Positions 15,146-24,979 are shown, counted from the first letter of the stretch. The stretch: DNA of 64,000 nt from Bacteroides sp. (GCF_028690125.1 NZ_JAQVBV010000030.1:2392-66391); one strand, 5' to 3'. The notes: a model not told the origin generated them from the letters alone. Made by a program: numbers and translations.

Positions 15146-16483
15146 ATGATTAGCTTGAATATTGAAAAAACTTTTGGATTTATCTTCAAAGAAAAGGTTT
15201 TCGCCTACGAAGCTGAGGTAAAAGCCGCACAAGAAATGTTGGAAAAAGGAACAGGAAAAGGTAACGACTTCTTAGGATGGTTACATCTTCCTTCTTCTAT
15301 CAGCAAAGAACATCTGGCTGACTTGAAAGCTACAGCGCAAGTATTGAAAGATAATTGCGAAGTAGTAATTGTTGCCGGTATTGGCGGTAGCTATTTGGGC
15401 GCACGTGCCGTAATCGAAGCTCTTTCTAACAGCTTCACTTGGTTGCAGGAAAAGAAAACTGCTCCTATCATGATATACGCGGGACACAACATCAGCGAAG
15501 ATTATCTGTTTGAACTCACTGAATATCTGAAAGACAAGAAGTTTGGTGTTATCAATATCTCCAAGTCGGGTACTACTACTGAAACTGCGCTTGCTTTCCG
15601 TTTGTTGAAAAAACAATGCGAAGACCAACGTGGCAAAGAAACTGCAAAAAAAGTAATTGTAGCTATCACAGACGCTAAAAAAGGTGCTGCACGTATTACT
15701 GCCGATAAAGAAGGTTATAAGACTTTCATTATCCCCGATAACGTAGGCGGACGTTTCTCTGTATTGACTCCGGTTGGTTTATTGCCTATTGCAGTTGCCG
15801 GATTCGACATCGAAAAACTGGTTGCAGGTGCTGCTGAAATGGAAAAAGCTTGTGCCGCTGATGTTCCGTTTGCCAAGAATCCTGCCGCTATCTATGCTGC
15901 TACTCGTAATGAGTTATACAAGAGTGGCAAGAAGATTGAAATCTTAGTAAACTTCTGTCCGAAATTACATTATGTAAGCGAATGGTGGAAGCAGTTGTAT
16001 GGAGAATCTGAAGGAAAAGACAACAAAGGTATTTTCCCGGCATCTGTAGATTTTTCTACCGATCTTCACTCTATGGGACAATGGATTCAGGAAGGTGAAC
16101 GTACAATTTTCGAAACTGTAATCTCTGTAGAGAAAGTAGACCATAAACTGGAAGTGCCTTCTGACGAAGCCAATCTGGACGGTTTGAATTTTCTTGCTGG
16201 AAAACGGGTAGATGAAGTAAATAAGATGGCAGAGTTGGGAACTCAGTTGGCTCACGTAGACGGTGATGTACCTAATATGCGTATCGTTCTTCCTGAATTG
16301 AGCGAATACAATATCGGCGAATTGCTGTATTTCTTCGAAAAGGCTTGCGGAATCAGCGGTTATCTGTTGGGCGTGAATCCTTTCAACCAACCGGGGGTAG
16401 AAGCATACAAAAAGAATATGTTTGCATTGCTCAACAAACCGGGATACGAAGAAGAATCAAAAGCTATTCAGGCAAAGCTGTAA
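15146..16483 (+). CDS. pgi: Glucose-6-phosphate isomerase
   Basis: 445-aa short-form PGI with [20 protein letters not shown] and GGRFSV motifs. Confidence 0.97.
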   Translation: MISLNIEKTFGFIFKEKVFAYEAEVKAAQEMLEKGTGKGNDFLGWLHLPSSISKEHLADLKATAQVLKDNCEVVIVAGIGGSYLGARAVIEALSNSFTWLQEKKTAPIMIYAGHNISEDYLFELTEYLKDKKFGVINISKSGTTTETALAFRLLKKQCEDQRGKETAKKVIVAITDAKKGAARITADKEGYKTFIIPDNVGGRFSVLTPVGLLPIAVAGFDIEKLVAGAAEMEKACAADVPFAKNPAAIYAATRNELYKSGKKIEILVNFCPKLHYVSEWWKQLYGESEGKDNKGIFPASVDFSTDLHSMGQWIQEGERTIFETVISVEKVDHKLEVPSDEANLDGLNFLAGKRVDEVNKMAELGTQLAHVDGDVPNMRIVLPELSEYNIGELLYFFEKACGISGYLLGVNPFNQPGVEAYKKNMFALLNKPGYEEESKAIQAKL

Positions 16484-16518
16484 AGAAAACAGGCAAGTAC
16501 TGAGAATATTTCAAACAT

Positions 16519-16598
16519 AGATGACGCGGATAACCCGTATTTTTAAGAATTTAGATAATAAATTTAATCTTAAAAATCCGCGTCTATCCGCGTCATCT
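16519..16598. repeat. Hairpin repeat of the CGCGGAT-type Bacteroides intergenic family, acting as a bidirectional terminator
   Basis: AGATGACGCGGATA (16519-16532) pairs with TATCCGCGTCATCT (16585-16598). The inner arms are TTTTTAAGA and TCTTAAAAA. Lies between convergent pgi and a lipoprotein gene. Confidence 0.7.
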
Positions 16599-16635
16599 GC
16601 GTTTAAAATACAACATTCAGCCTCATTTCGAGCGT

Positions 16636-17139
16636 TTACTCTTGAGTTTTTTCCTCTTTTATCTTCAGCCCAATCATTTCCTGAGCACCCTCGCACTCTG
16701 CTTTTGAAGATAGATAAAAGGTTAATTGCACGTCTCCATTGGACTCAACTTTCTCAACTGTAGCTTGTACCATCACACTTGTTTTCGTTACTCCATCTTT
16801 AAAACGTAACTGTCCTTTTTCTGCATCTGTCAGATTCCCTTCGGTAGATACTTCTGTTTTGTTATAATGAAGTTCTGTCTTTACCTCAACGTCATTCTGA
16901 AGTTTGAAAGTTTTAAGTTCAGCTCCATTTCCATCCAAGGACAGAAATGCTTCTATTTTGTCACCTACTTTCAAAGCAGGAAGTTCGTCCATCCGATTTG
17001 CATAATCTTCCTTCACTACCTCCTCTGCCTGCGGATCAACGTTTATGTACAGCTTTTTAATCTCGATAAAGGGGCTTTCCCCACTATCAGAACAAGCGTA
17101 AAAAAACAAGGGCAACAGAAATAATGCTTTCTTTTTCAT
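16636..17139 (-). CDS. Hypothetical lipoprotein
   Basis: The preferred start is MKKKALFLLPLFFYAC-SDSGE (lipobox). The longer ORF-track start adds a non-signal N-terminus. Confidence 0.6.
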   Translation of the reverse strand: MKKKALFLLPLFFYACSDSGESPFIEIKKLYINVDPQAEEVVKEDYANRMDELPALKVGDKIEAFLSLDGNGAELKTFKLQNDVEVKTELHYNKTEVSTEGNLTDAEKGQLRFKDGVTKTSVMVQATVEKVESNGDVQLTFYLSSKAECEGAQEMIGLKIKEEKTQE

Positions 17140-17298
17140 GCTATTAATATGTTTTATCATGCTATTGAAAGGTTTTACCATGCCACAAAAATACATATAA
17201 TCTTCCAAACGGCAAATAATCATATTAAATATCCTTCGGTATCCTAATTTGCAATGTTCTTCTGCACGACTTCAGCCTTATCTTTCGTTTTTTATAAC

Positions 17299-17306
17299 TA
17301 TCTTTG
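17299..17306 (+). promoter_or_regulatory. Bacteroides -7 promoter box TATCTTTG
   Basis: Matches TAnnTTTG, 51 nt upstream of the ATG at 17357. Confidence 0.5.
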
Positions 17307-17356
17307 CTACACATATTTTTTAATCGAAAAATACCGAACTCTAAATAAATAGAACT

Positions 17357-18163
17357 ATGCGGAATTTACTGAAAAGATTCAATGGAGTGATGTTAATATT
17401 CAGCTTATCACTGCTAGTTATGCTAACGACCAGTTGCCGGGACGCCAAATTAAAAGTAGCAATTGAAAGTGCAAATAAACAATGCCCTGTGAAGATGGGT
17501 GAATTCGGAAAAATTACCAGTATTGTTTACGATGGACGTAACGTAATATATACTTTCAATGTGGACGAAATATATACTAATATCAAAGCTCTGAAAGAGC
17601 AACCGGAAAACCTGAAGTCATCTATGGCAATCATGTTCCAGAACCCTAATAAAGAGGTAAAAACATTGCTGGATCTTATCGTAAAATGCAATGCCGGGCT
17701 GCAAATGGTATATGTTGGCAAAAACTCCGGTGATAAAGTGGAATGCGAACTTACAGCAGGAGAATTGAATGAAGCTATCAATGCCAATATCAACTCATCA
17801 AAAAGCGACCTGATAAAACTGGAAACACAAATAAAAATGGCGAACTTACAGTTTCCGTTAAAAGCGAGTGAAGAAATAACTATCGAAAAGATGGAACTCA
17901 GTAATGAAGCAGTTATCTATTTGTGTAGCGTTGATGAGAAGGCGTGTAATATAGATTTAATTGAAGAGAACCATGAGACCGTAAAACAAGGTATCGTAGA
18001 TGAGTTGTCCAATAAAACAGATCAGCCCACACAACTTTTTATAAAGTATTGTACCGATTGCAATAGAAACATCGTTTATAGATATATCGGTAATCAATCT
18101 GGCACTCAATATGATGTGGTAGTCACCGTACCGGAACTGAAAGAGTTATTGAAAAATAAATAA
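17357..18163 (+). CDS. Hypothetical secreted protein or lipoprotein
   Basis: Signal peptide with LTTSC-RD lipobox-like site. No family recognised. Confidence 0.6.
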   Translation: MRNLLKRFNGVMLIFSLSLLVMLTTSCRDAKLKVAIESANKQCPVKMGEFGKITSIVYDGRNVIYTFNVDEIYTNIKALKEQPENLKSSMAIMFQNPNKEVKTLLDLIVKCNAGLQMVYVGKNSGDKVECELTAGELNEAINANINSSKSDLIKLETQIKMANLQFPLKASEEITIEKMELSNEAVIYLCSVDEKACNIDLIEENHETVKQGIVDELSNKTDQPTQLFIKYCTDCNRNIVYRYIGNQSGTQYDVVVTVPELKELLKNK

Positions 18164-18194
18164 ATATCACAGGAATTCCATCCAACCAGAAATT

Positions 18195-18869
18195 ATGAAA
18201 AAGAAAATAAAAGCCGTCCTATTCGATATGGATGGCGTGCTTTTTAATTCCATGCCTTATCATTCCGAGGCATGGCATCAGGTAATGAAATCGCATGGGC
18301 TCAACCTCAGTCGTAAAGAAGCATATATGCACGAAGGACGAACAGGTGCTGCTACAGTGAATATCGTATTTCAACGCGAACTAGGCAGGGAAGCCTCGCA
18401 AGAGGAAATAGAAAACATATATAAAGAAAAAAGTATCCTCTTTAATACCCATCCGGACGCAGAGCGTATGCCCGGGGCATGGGAGTTACTTCAAAAAGTG
18501 AAAGGAGAAGGACTGATTCCAATGGTAGTGACAGGCTCCGGTCAGCTTTCGTTGCTCGATAGGTTGGAACATAATTTTCCGGGAATGTTCCATAAGGAAT
18601 TGATGGTTACGGCTTTTGATGTGAAATACGGAAAGCCTGATCCCGAACCTTATCTGATGGCTTTGGAAAAGGGAGGTATTAAAGCCAGTGAAGCTGTTGT
18701 GATAGAAAATGCGCCTTTAGGAGTGGAAGCAGGTCACAAGGCAGGTATCTTCACTATCGCAGTAAATACGGGTCCACTGGATGGACAAGTATTATTGGAT
18801 TCCGGTGCAGATTTATTACTGCCTTCTATGCAAGCACTTTGTGATGTTTGGGATCATCTGGATTTATAG
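18195..18869 (+). CDS. HAD-superfamily hydrolase, beta-phosphoglucomutase-like subfamily IA
   Basis: Motif I is VLFDMDGVL, followed by VVTGS and later K...ENAPLGVEAG. Confidence 0.85.
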   Translation: MKKKIKAVLFDMDGVLFNSMPYHSEAWHQVMKSHGLNLSRKEAYMHEGRTGAATVNIVFQRELGREASQEEIENIYKEKSILFNTHPDAERMPGAWELLQKVKGEGLIPMVVTGSGQLSLLDRLEHNFPGMFHKELMVTAFDVKYGKPDPEPYLMALEKGGIKASEAVVIENAPLGVEAGHKAGIFTIAVNTGPLDGQVLLDSGADLLLPSMQALCDVWDHLDL

Positions 18870-18940
18870 TCAAAGCAAATTTCCGAGAAATAAAAGTCTA
18901 TAAAAACAGAGTAAAAATCGGAAAGAAAATATATTAATAC

Positions 18941-18948
18941 TATTTTTG
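18941..18948 (+). promoter_or_regulatory. Bacteroides -7 promoter box TATTTTTG for fkp
   Basis: Matches TAnnTTTG, 62 nt upstream of the ATG at 19010. Confidence 0.5.
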
Positions 18949-19009
18949 TCTAAGTTTAATTCATAAGCAATGCATCATAATTAATTGATAATATACAAAG
19001 GGTTCTGTC

Positions 19010-21874
19010 ATGCAAAAATTATTATCCTTACCTCCGAACTTAATCCACTGTTTTCATGAACTGGAAAATGTTGATCATACCAATTGGTTTTGTACATCGG
19101 ACCCAATAGGAAGTAAATTAGGTTCCGGAGGTGGGGCAACTTGGCTCTTGAAAGCCTGCCATCAAAAATTTGCTCCGCAAGAACCTTTTAATCAATGGAT
19201 AGGAAAAGAGAAAAGAATATTACTTCATGCGGGAGGACAGAGCCGCCGTCTACCGGGATACGCACCATCGGGCAAAATATTAACACCAATACCGGTCTTC
19301 AGTTGGGAACGGGGACAAAAACTCGGACAGAACCTGCTTTCATTGCAACTTCCTCTATATGAGAAGATCATGCAACAAACACCGGACGGTCTGAATACAC
19401 TGATCGCAAGCGGGGATGTATATATCCGTTCGGAAAAACCTCTTCAAGAGATTCCTCAAGTAGATGTCGTATGCTATGGTCTATGGGTAAATCCTTCTTT
19501 GGCAACTCACCACGGCGTATTTGTATCCGACCGGAAAAGTCCGGAGGTGCTCGATTTCATGTTGCAAAAACCCTCCTTGGAAGAATTGGAAAACTTATCC
19601 AAAACACATCTTTTCCTAATGGATATCGGTATTTGGATATTGAGCGACCGAGCCATTGAATTACTAACGAAACGCTCATTCAAAGAAGGATCGGAAAATA
19701 TCTGTTACTACGACCTGTATTCGGACTATGGACCGGCTTTAGGAAACTATCCTAAAATTAAAGATGAAGAGATAAATAAGCTTTCAGTAGCTATACTCCC
19801 TCTTCCCGGTGGCGAGTTTTATCATTATGGAACAAGTCGTGAACTAATATCTTCTACTCTGAGCATACAAGATAAAGTACGTGACCAAAGACGGATTATG
19901 CACCGGAAAGTAAAGCCCAATCCAGCCATATTCATACAAAATTCATGTACACAAACATCCTTATCTTCGGACAATGCAAATTTGTGGATCGAAAATAGTC
20001 ATGTAGGAGAAGGCTGGAAACTCGGTTCCTGCCAAATTATCACAGGTGTTCCCAAGAATCACTGGGATATTAGCTTACCGGACGGAGTCTGCATTGATAT
20101 CGTTCCGATAGAAGACAATAATTTCGTAGCAAGACCCTACGGCCTTGATGATAAATTCAAAGGAGCACGAAGTGACGAAAGGACCACTTTTCTTGGTAAG
20201 TCGTTTCTGCAATGGATGAAAGAAAGGGAACTCTTTACGGATGATTTAATCTCTTTTAATAATTTGAAAAAAGACGATATACAGGCCAGCCCCATCTTTC
20301 CTATTACGGCTTCGATAGAGGAACTAGGCATATTAGTACGTTGGATGACCGCCGAGCCTCATCTCGAAAAAGGAAAAAGACTTTGGCTGCAAGCAAAAAA
20401 ACTATCGGCGGATGAAATATCGGCAAAAGCAAATTTAAAACGTCTTTATGCACAACGCACCTCTTTTCGTCGAAATAATTGGCAAAGACTGGCTGTCAAT
20501 TATGAAAAAAGTATCTTCTACCAACTTGATTTGCAAGATGCTGCAATCGAATTTGTAGAACAGAATCTACCAATTCCCAGCATTGTAAAAGAAGAAACAG
20601 CTCCCATGATATGTATCCACAATCGAATGCTACGGGCACGAATCATGAAATTACGTAATGACAATGAGTATAAGGAAGAAGAAAGTGCTGCCTTCCAACT
20701 TCTTCGCGACAGCCTGTTAGGAGCAATTGCAGGGCGGAAGTATCAACCAAAGCTCAATGTACATTCAGATCAGATAGTATGGGGACGGAGTCCCGTACGA
20801 ATCGACATTGCAGGTGGATGGACAGACACTCCTCCCTACTCTCTATATTCAGGAGGAAATGTAGTCAATCTTGCTATTGAGCTTAATGGACAGCCTCCGT
20901 TGCAAGTATATATCAAACCATGCAAAGAGTTTCACATTGTTCTCCGCTCCATCGATATGGGAGCTTTGGAAATTATCAGATGCTATGAAGAGTTACAGGA
21001 TTATAAGAAAGTAGGTTCCCCTTTTTCTATCCCGAAAGCAGCACTTTCTTTAGCTGGTTTTGCTCCAATATTTTCAGCAGAAACTTTTGTTTCTCTAGAA
21101 GAGCAATTAAAATCCTTTGGTTCGGGACTTGAAATCACTTTACTAGCTGCTATACCGGCAGGTTCAGGCCTGGGAACGAGTTCTATATTAGCTTCTACCG
21201 TACTCGGTGCCATCAATGATTTTTGTGGATTGGCATGGGACAAGAATGATATCTGTAATTATACACTGGTATTGGAGCAACTATTGACCACGGGAGGCGG
21301 ATGGCAAGATCAATACGGAGGAGTTTTCCCGGGAGTGAAATTACTCCAATCAGAAACAGGATTCGGACAAACACCATTAGTACGCTGGCTTCCCGAACAA
21401 TTGTTCGTACAACCTGATTATCGAAACTGCCATCTGCTCTATTACACAGGCATCACCCGCACGGCTAAAGGTATTCTATCAGAAATAGTCAGTTCCATGT
21501 TTCTGAATTCCGGCACGCATCTTGGACTACTTGCGGAAATGAAAGCACATGCTTTGGATATGAGTGAGGCTATTCTACGCGGAGACTTTAACAGTTTCGG
21601 GCATTTAATCGGCAAAACCTGGACACAAAATCAGGCTTTGGACAGTGGTACGAATCCTCCGGAAGTAAAAGCTATCATCAAGCAAATCGAAGATTATACG
21701 TTAGGTCACAAGCTACCGGGTGCAGGAGGTGGCGGGTACTTATATATGGTAGCCAAAGACACGGAAGCTGCCGGTAAAATCCGACGGATACTAACGGAGC
21801 AAGCTCCAAATCCACGCGCACGCTTTGTAGAAATGTCATTATCTGACGAGGGACTTCAAGTATCCAGAAGCTAA
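19010..21874 (+). CDS. fkp: Bifunctional L-fucokinase / L-fucose-1-phosphate guanylyltransferase
   Basis: 954 aa. N-terminal nucleotidyltransferase-like half. C-terminal GHMP kinase half with PAGSGLGTSS. The size and architecture match B. fragilis Fkp. Confidence 0.9.
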   Translation: MQKLLSLPPNLIHCFHELENVDHTNWFCTSDPIGSKLGSGGGATWLLKACHQKFAPQEPFNQWIGKEKRILLHAGGQSRRLPGYAPSGKILTPIPVFSWERGQKLGQNLLSLQLPLYEKIMQQTPDGLNTLIASGDVYIRSEKPLQEIPQVDVVCYGLWVNPSLATHHGVFVSDRKSPEVLDFMLQKPSLEELENLSKTHLFLMDIGIWILSDRAIELLTKRSFKEGSENICYYDLYSDYGPALGNYPKIKDEEINKLSVAILPLPGGEFYHYGTSRELISSTLSIQDKVRDQRRIMHRKVKPNPAIFIQNSCTQTSLSSDNANLWIENSHVGEGWKLGSCQIITGVPKNHWDISLPDGVCIDIVPIEDNNFVARPYGLDDKFKGARSDERTTFLGKSFLQWMKERELFTDDLISFNNLKKDDIQASPIFPITASIEELGILVRWMTAEPHLEKGKRLWLQAKKLSADEISAKANLKRLYAQRTSFRRNNWQRLAVNYEKSIFYQLDLQDAAIEFVEQNLPIPSIVKEETAPMICIHNRMLRARIMKLRNDNEYKEEESAAFQLLRDSLLGAIAGRKYQPKLNVHSDQIVWGRSPVRIDIAGGWTDTPPYSLYSGGNVVNLAIELNGQPPLQVYIKPCKEFHIVLRSIDMGALEIIRCYEELQDYKKVGSPFSIPKAALSLAGFAPIFSAETFVSLEEQLKSFGSGLEITLLAAIPAGSGLGTSSILASTVLGAINDFCGLAWDKNDICNYTLVLEQLLTTGGGWQDQYGGVFPGVKLLQSETGFGQTPLVRWLPEQLFVQPDYRNCHLLYYTGITRTAKGILSEIVSSMFLNSGTHLGLLAEMKAHALDMSEAILRGDFNSFGHLIGKTWTQNQALDSGTNPPEVKAIIKQIEDYTLGHKLPGAGGGGYLYMVAKDTEAAGKIRRILTEQAPNPRARFVEMSLSDEGLQVSRS

Positions 21875-21945
21875 TAATAACAAACGGAGATATCCTTTAA
21901 AAGTTAAAGTTGAACCAACAAAAATATAATTTGCAACCAAATATA

Positions 21946-21995
21946 AAAAGTTCTATTTTCGCCTATTACAAATAGGTTTTAAAATAGAACTTTTT
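21946..21995. terminator. Composite hairpin between convergent fkp and the 180-aa ORF
   Basis: AAAAGTTCTATTTT pairs with AAAATAGAACTTTT. The inner stem is CCTATT/AATAGG. T runs on both strands. Confidence 0.7.
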
Positions 21996-22050
21996 CTTAT
22001 AACTTAATTTTATCCTTAAAAATAAGCAGATGATTTAAAGAAATGCCGTA

Positions 22051-22593
22051 CTAATAAAGCAATGAATTATGCCAAGGCAAATCAGGATTGGCTTTTAGTT
22101 CTTGTTCATATTCCATATCTGCCTTAAATCTGCATAACTCGCTTTCTATAAATCCTGGTTCCTGATCCTCTTTTCTCATATCATAACTAATGAAGGTTTT
22201 CATGATATAACACCTATGGTGACAATCATCTATTTCTTTGCAAAAAGCAACTCCTTCATTAAAAGTTGCGGTAAGCTCTTCCTTTTCCTGAATGATACGC
22301 TTCTTAATGTAAAATGTATCATTCATTTTAATAAACTCTATGATCAGTGGGATGCCTTGAAGATCAATACCCACTCTCTCTGCATATCTTCTAAAAAAAT
22401 GCGGAGTATAAATCATCAGTGAAGGAACACCCTCTGTTAATTGACGTATTAGCACAAATTTCCCGGCTTTGGTATCCTGAATACATGAACCATGAGTACA
22501 AATATCCCTGGCTATATCTTTTTTACTTTTAATATTCCAAACAAGCAGCCAATTGTTTTTTCTTTTAGTAGTTATCAAAGAATGAAGACACAT
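22051..22593 (-). CDS. Hypothetical protein, possibly the 3-prime part of a gene split by an in-frame stop
   Basis: 180-aa AT-rich ORF. The segment YTPHFFRRYAERVGIDLQG faintly resembles the H..R...R motif of DUF4258-type small nucleases. A 29-codon ORF (22636-22725) lies upstream in the same frame. Confidence 0.45.
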   Translation of the reverse strand: MCLHSLITTKRKNNWLLVWNIKSKKDIARDICTHGSCIQDTKAGKFVLIRQLTEGVPSLMIYTPHFFRRYAERVGIDLQGIPLIIEFIKMNDTFYIKKRIIQEKEELTATFNEGVAFCKEIDDCHHRCYIMKTFISYDMRKEDQEPGFIESELCRFKADMEYEQELKANPDLPWHNSLLY

Positions 22594-22769
22594 AGGAAAT
22601 AATTGAGACCTGAGAACTCTCTGCCTTACCTTTTCTTATTTATACTTTAAAACATTCATCATGTTTGGGACATCCGCCATAATCTCATCATATATTTGGT
22701 TGGGAGTCATTGAAGATACAATCATTGTAGTTTATCCCTTTATTTCATGAATCATCCCCCTTAAAAATG

Positions 22770-22813
22770 CATCAAACCCACAGTTAATCAATTGATCACC
22801 CATGGGTTTGATG
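22770..22813 (-). terminator. Hairpin terminator downstream of tRNA-Arg
   Basis: CATCAAACCCA (22770-22780) pairs with TGGGTTTGATG (22803-22813). On the minus strand it is followed by CATTTTTAA. Confidence 0.65.
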
Positions 22814-22840
22814 TATTTTTCAAGACTTTATCTATAGTAG

Positions 22841-22913
22841 TGACCCCGGTGCGATTCAAACGCACGACCTTCAGAACCGGAATCTGACGCTCTATTCACT
22901 AAGCTACGGGGCC
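22841..22913 (-). tRNA. tRNA-Arg (anticodon CCG), CCA not encoded
   Basis: A hand-folded 73-nt cloverleaf. Acceptor GGCCCCG/CGGGGTC with one G-U. Anticodon arm TCAGA-TTCCGGT-TCTGA. T arm GTGCG-TTTGAAT-CGCAC. Confidence 0.85.
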
Positions 22914-23221
22914 ATTTCTTAAATGCGAATGCAAAAGTATAAAAAATCTTCTCATCTTCCTAATAAAATCCCTATTTTATCAGAATACTTACATTTCTCA
23001 AATACACAATAGCAGGAGTTATAAATGTTGCTATCTTTCACAATTTAACTCACTATTTAAACAGACTATTAATAAAAGAACTATTATCAGATGTTATTTA
23101 TTACATTTACCACAAGTTCATCTTATATATCATATTGATATTTTGAATATATATAAGGTATATACTTTATCATATTGACAATATTTTAGAGAATATGCAA
23201 TACATATATCGATATTATTTC

Positions 23222-23229
23222 TATCTTTG
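23222..23229 (+). promoter_or_regulatory. Bacteroides -7 promoter box TATCTTTG for asnA
   Basis: Matches TAnnTTTG, 26 nt upstream of the preferred ATG at 23255. It lies inside the over-extended ORF-track start. Confidence 0.55.
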
Positions 23230-23254
23230 CCGACAATTAACATTCAATAAACCT

Positions 23255-24292
23255 ATGAGTTACTTGATAAAACCTAAGAACTATAAACCATTGCTCGACC
23301 TTAAACAGACTGAGTTAGGAATAAAACAGATAAAAGAGTTCTTCCAGTTGAACTTGTCATCCGAGCTACGCCTGAGACGTGTGACGGCTCCCCTTTTCGT
23401 ATTGAAAGGAATGGGTATCAACGATGACCTGAACGGAGTAGAACGTCCTGTTTCATTCCCAATCAAGGACCTTGGAGATGCACAAGCCGAAGTAGTGCAC
23501 TCATTGGCAAAATGGAAAAGACTGACTTTAGCCGACTACCACATCGAACCGGGATATGGTATTTATACTGATATGAATGCTATTCGCTCGGACGAGGAAT
23601 TGGGCAACCTCCACTCACTTTACGTAGATCAATGGGACTGGGAACGGGTTATCACCAACGAGAATAGAAACATCGATTTCCTGAAAGAAATTGTTAATCG
23701 CATCTATGCAGCTATGATTCGCACAGAATACATGGTCTATGAGATGTATCCGCAAATTAAGCCTTGCTTACCGCAAAAATTACATTTTGTCCACTCGGAA
23801 GAGTTACGCCAGCTATATCCAAACTTAGAACCCAAATGCCGTGAACACGCTATTTGCCAGAAATATGGAGCTGTATTTATCATTGGCATTGGTTGCAAGC
23901 TAAGTGACGGAAAGAAGCACGACGGACGGGCTCCCGACTATGATGACTATACCTCAAAAGGGTTGAATGACCTGCCGGGACTCAACGGAGACCTTTTACT
24001 TTGGGATGAAGTATTACAACGTTCTATCGAATTATCTTCAATGGGGATCCGTGTGGACAAAGAGGCTTTGCAACGCCAACTGAAAGAAGAAAACGAAGAA
24101 AAACGATTCGAACTTTATTTCCACAAACGATTAATGAGTGATACACTGCCGTTATCTATCGGTGGGGGTATCGGACAATCCCGTTTGTGTATGTTCTACC
24201 TCCGTAAAGCTCATATTGGAGAAATACAGGCTAGTATCTGGCCGGAAGATATGCGTAAAGAATGCGAAGAACTTGATATTCACCTTATATAA
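23255..24292 (+). CDS. asnA: Aspartate--ammonia ligase (asparagine synthetase A)
   Basis: 345 aa from MSYLIKPKNY. AsnA-type class II synthetase-like motifs LRRVTAPLF, DQWDWE and GGGIGQSRLCMF. Confidence 0.93.
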   Translation: MSYLIKPKNYKPLLDLKQTELGIKQIKEFFQLNLSSELRLRRVTAPLFVLKGMGINDDLNGVERPVSFPIKDLGDAQAEVVHSLAKWKRLTLADYHIEPGYGIYTDMNAIRSDEELGNLHSLYVDQWDWERVITNENRNIDFLKEIVNRIYAAMIRTEYMVYEMYPQIKPCLPQKLHFVHSEELRQLYPNLEPKCREHAICQKYGAVFIIGIGCKLSDGKKHDGRAPDYDDYTSKGLNDLPGLNGDLLLWDEVLQRSIELSSMGIRVDKEALQRQLKEENEEKRFELYFHKRLMSDTLPLSIGGGIGQSRLCMFYLRKAHIGEIQASIWPEDMRKECEELDIHLI

Positions 24293-24316
24293 TACTATAA
24301 ATGTAATATAAAAGCT

Positions 24317-24979
24317 ATGAATGTACAGATAGAAGATAGTTGGAAAATACATCTACAACCAGAATTTGAAAAAGACTATTTCCATACTTTAACTGAATTT
24401 GTTAAAAACGAATATAGTCAATATCAGATATTTCCTCCGGGAAAACTTATTTTCAATGCTTTTGATCTTTGTCCTTTTGACAAGGTAAAAGTAGTTATTA
24501 TCGGACAAGACCCATATCATGGTCCGGGACAAGCACACGGGCTTTGCTTCTCTGTGAATGATGGAGTTCCTTTCCCTCCTTCTCTGATTAATATTTTTAA
24601 AGAGATTAAGGCAGATATAGGAACAGATACACCTACTACCGGAAATCTAACACATTGGGCTGAACAAGGTGTGCTATTACTAAACGCTACTTTAACGGTA
24701 CGTGCACATCAAGCGGGCTCACATCAAAATCATGGTTGGGAAGCATTCACAGATGCTGCTATCCGCGCATTAGCAGAGAAAAGAGAACATATCGTATTTA
24801 TCTTATGGGGAGCATATGCTCAACGTAAAGGTGCCTTTATCGACCGTAACAAGCATTTGGTACTTAACTCAGCACATCCATCTCCTCTTTCGGCTTATAA
24901 TGGTTTCTTCGGAAACAAACACTTTAGTCGTACAAATGAGTATTTGAGTTCACATGGAGAAGCAGAAATTATTTGGTAA
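24317..24979 (+). CDS. ung: Uracil-DNA glycosylase (family 1)
   Basis: Contains GQDPYHGPGQAHGL and HPSPLSA motifs. 220 aa. Confidence 0.95.
   Translation: MNVQIEDSWKIHLQPEFEKDYFHTLTEFVKNEYSQYQIFPPGKLIFNAFDLCPFDKVKVVIIGQDPYHGPGQAHGLCFSVNDGVPFPPSLINIFKEIKADIGTDTPTTGNLTHWAEQGVLLLNATLTVRAHQAGSHQNHGWEAFTDAAIRALAEKREHIVFILWGAYAQRKGAFIDRNKHLVLNSAHPSPLSAYNGFFGNKHFSRTNEYLSSHGEAEIIW

Noticed and set aside
16511-16763. ORFs 16511..16696 (-) and 16521..16763 (+), with IRVIRVI and NPRLSASSAF peptides
   Set aside because: Both run through the CGCGGAT-type hairpin repeat between convergent genes. Peptides of this kind are the usual translation artefacts of that repeat family.
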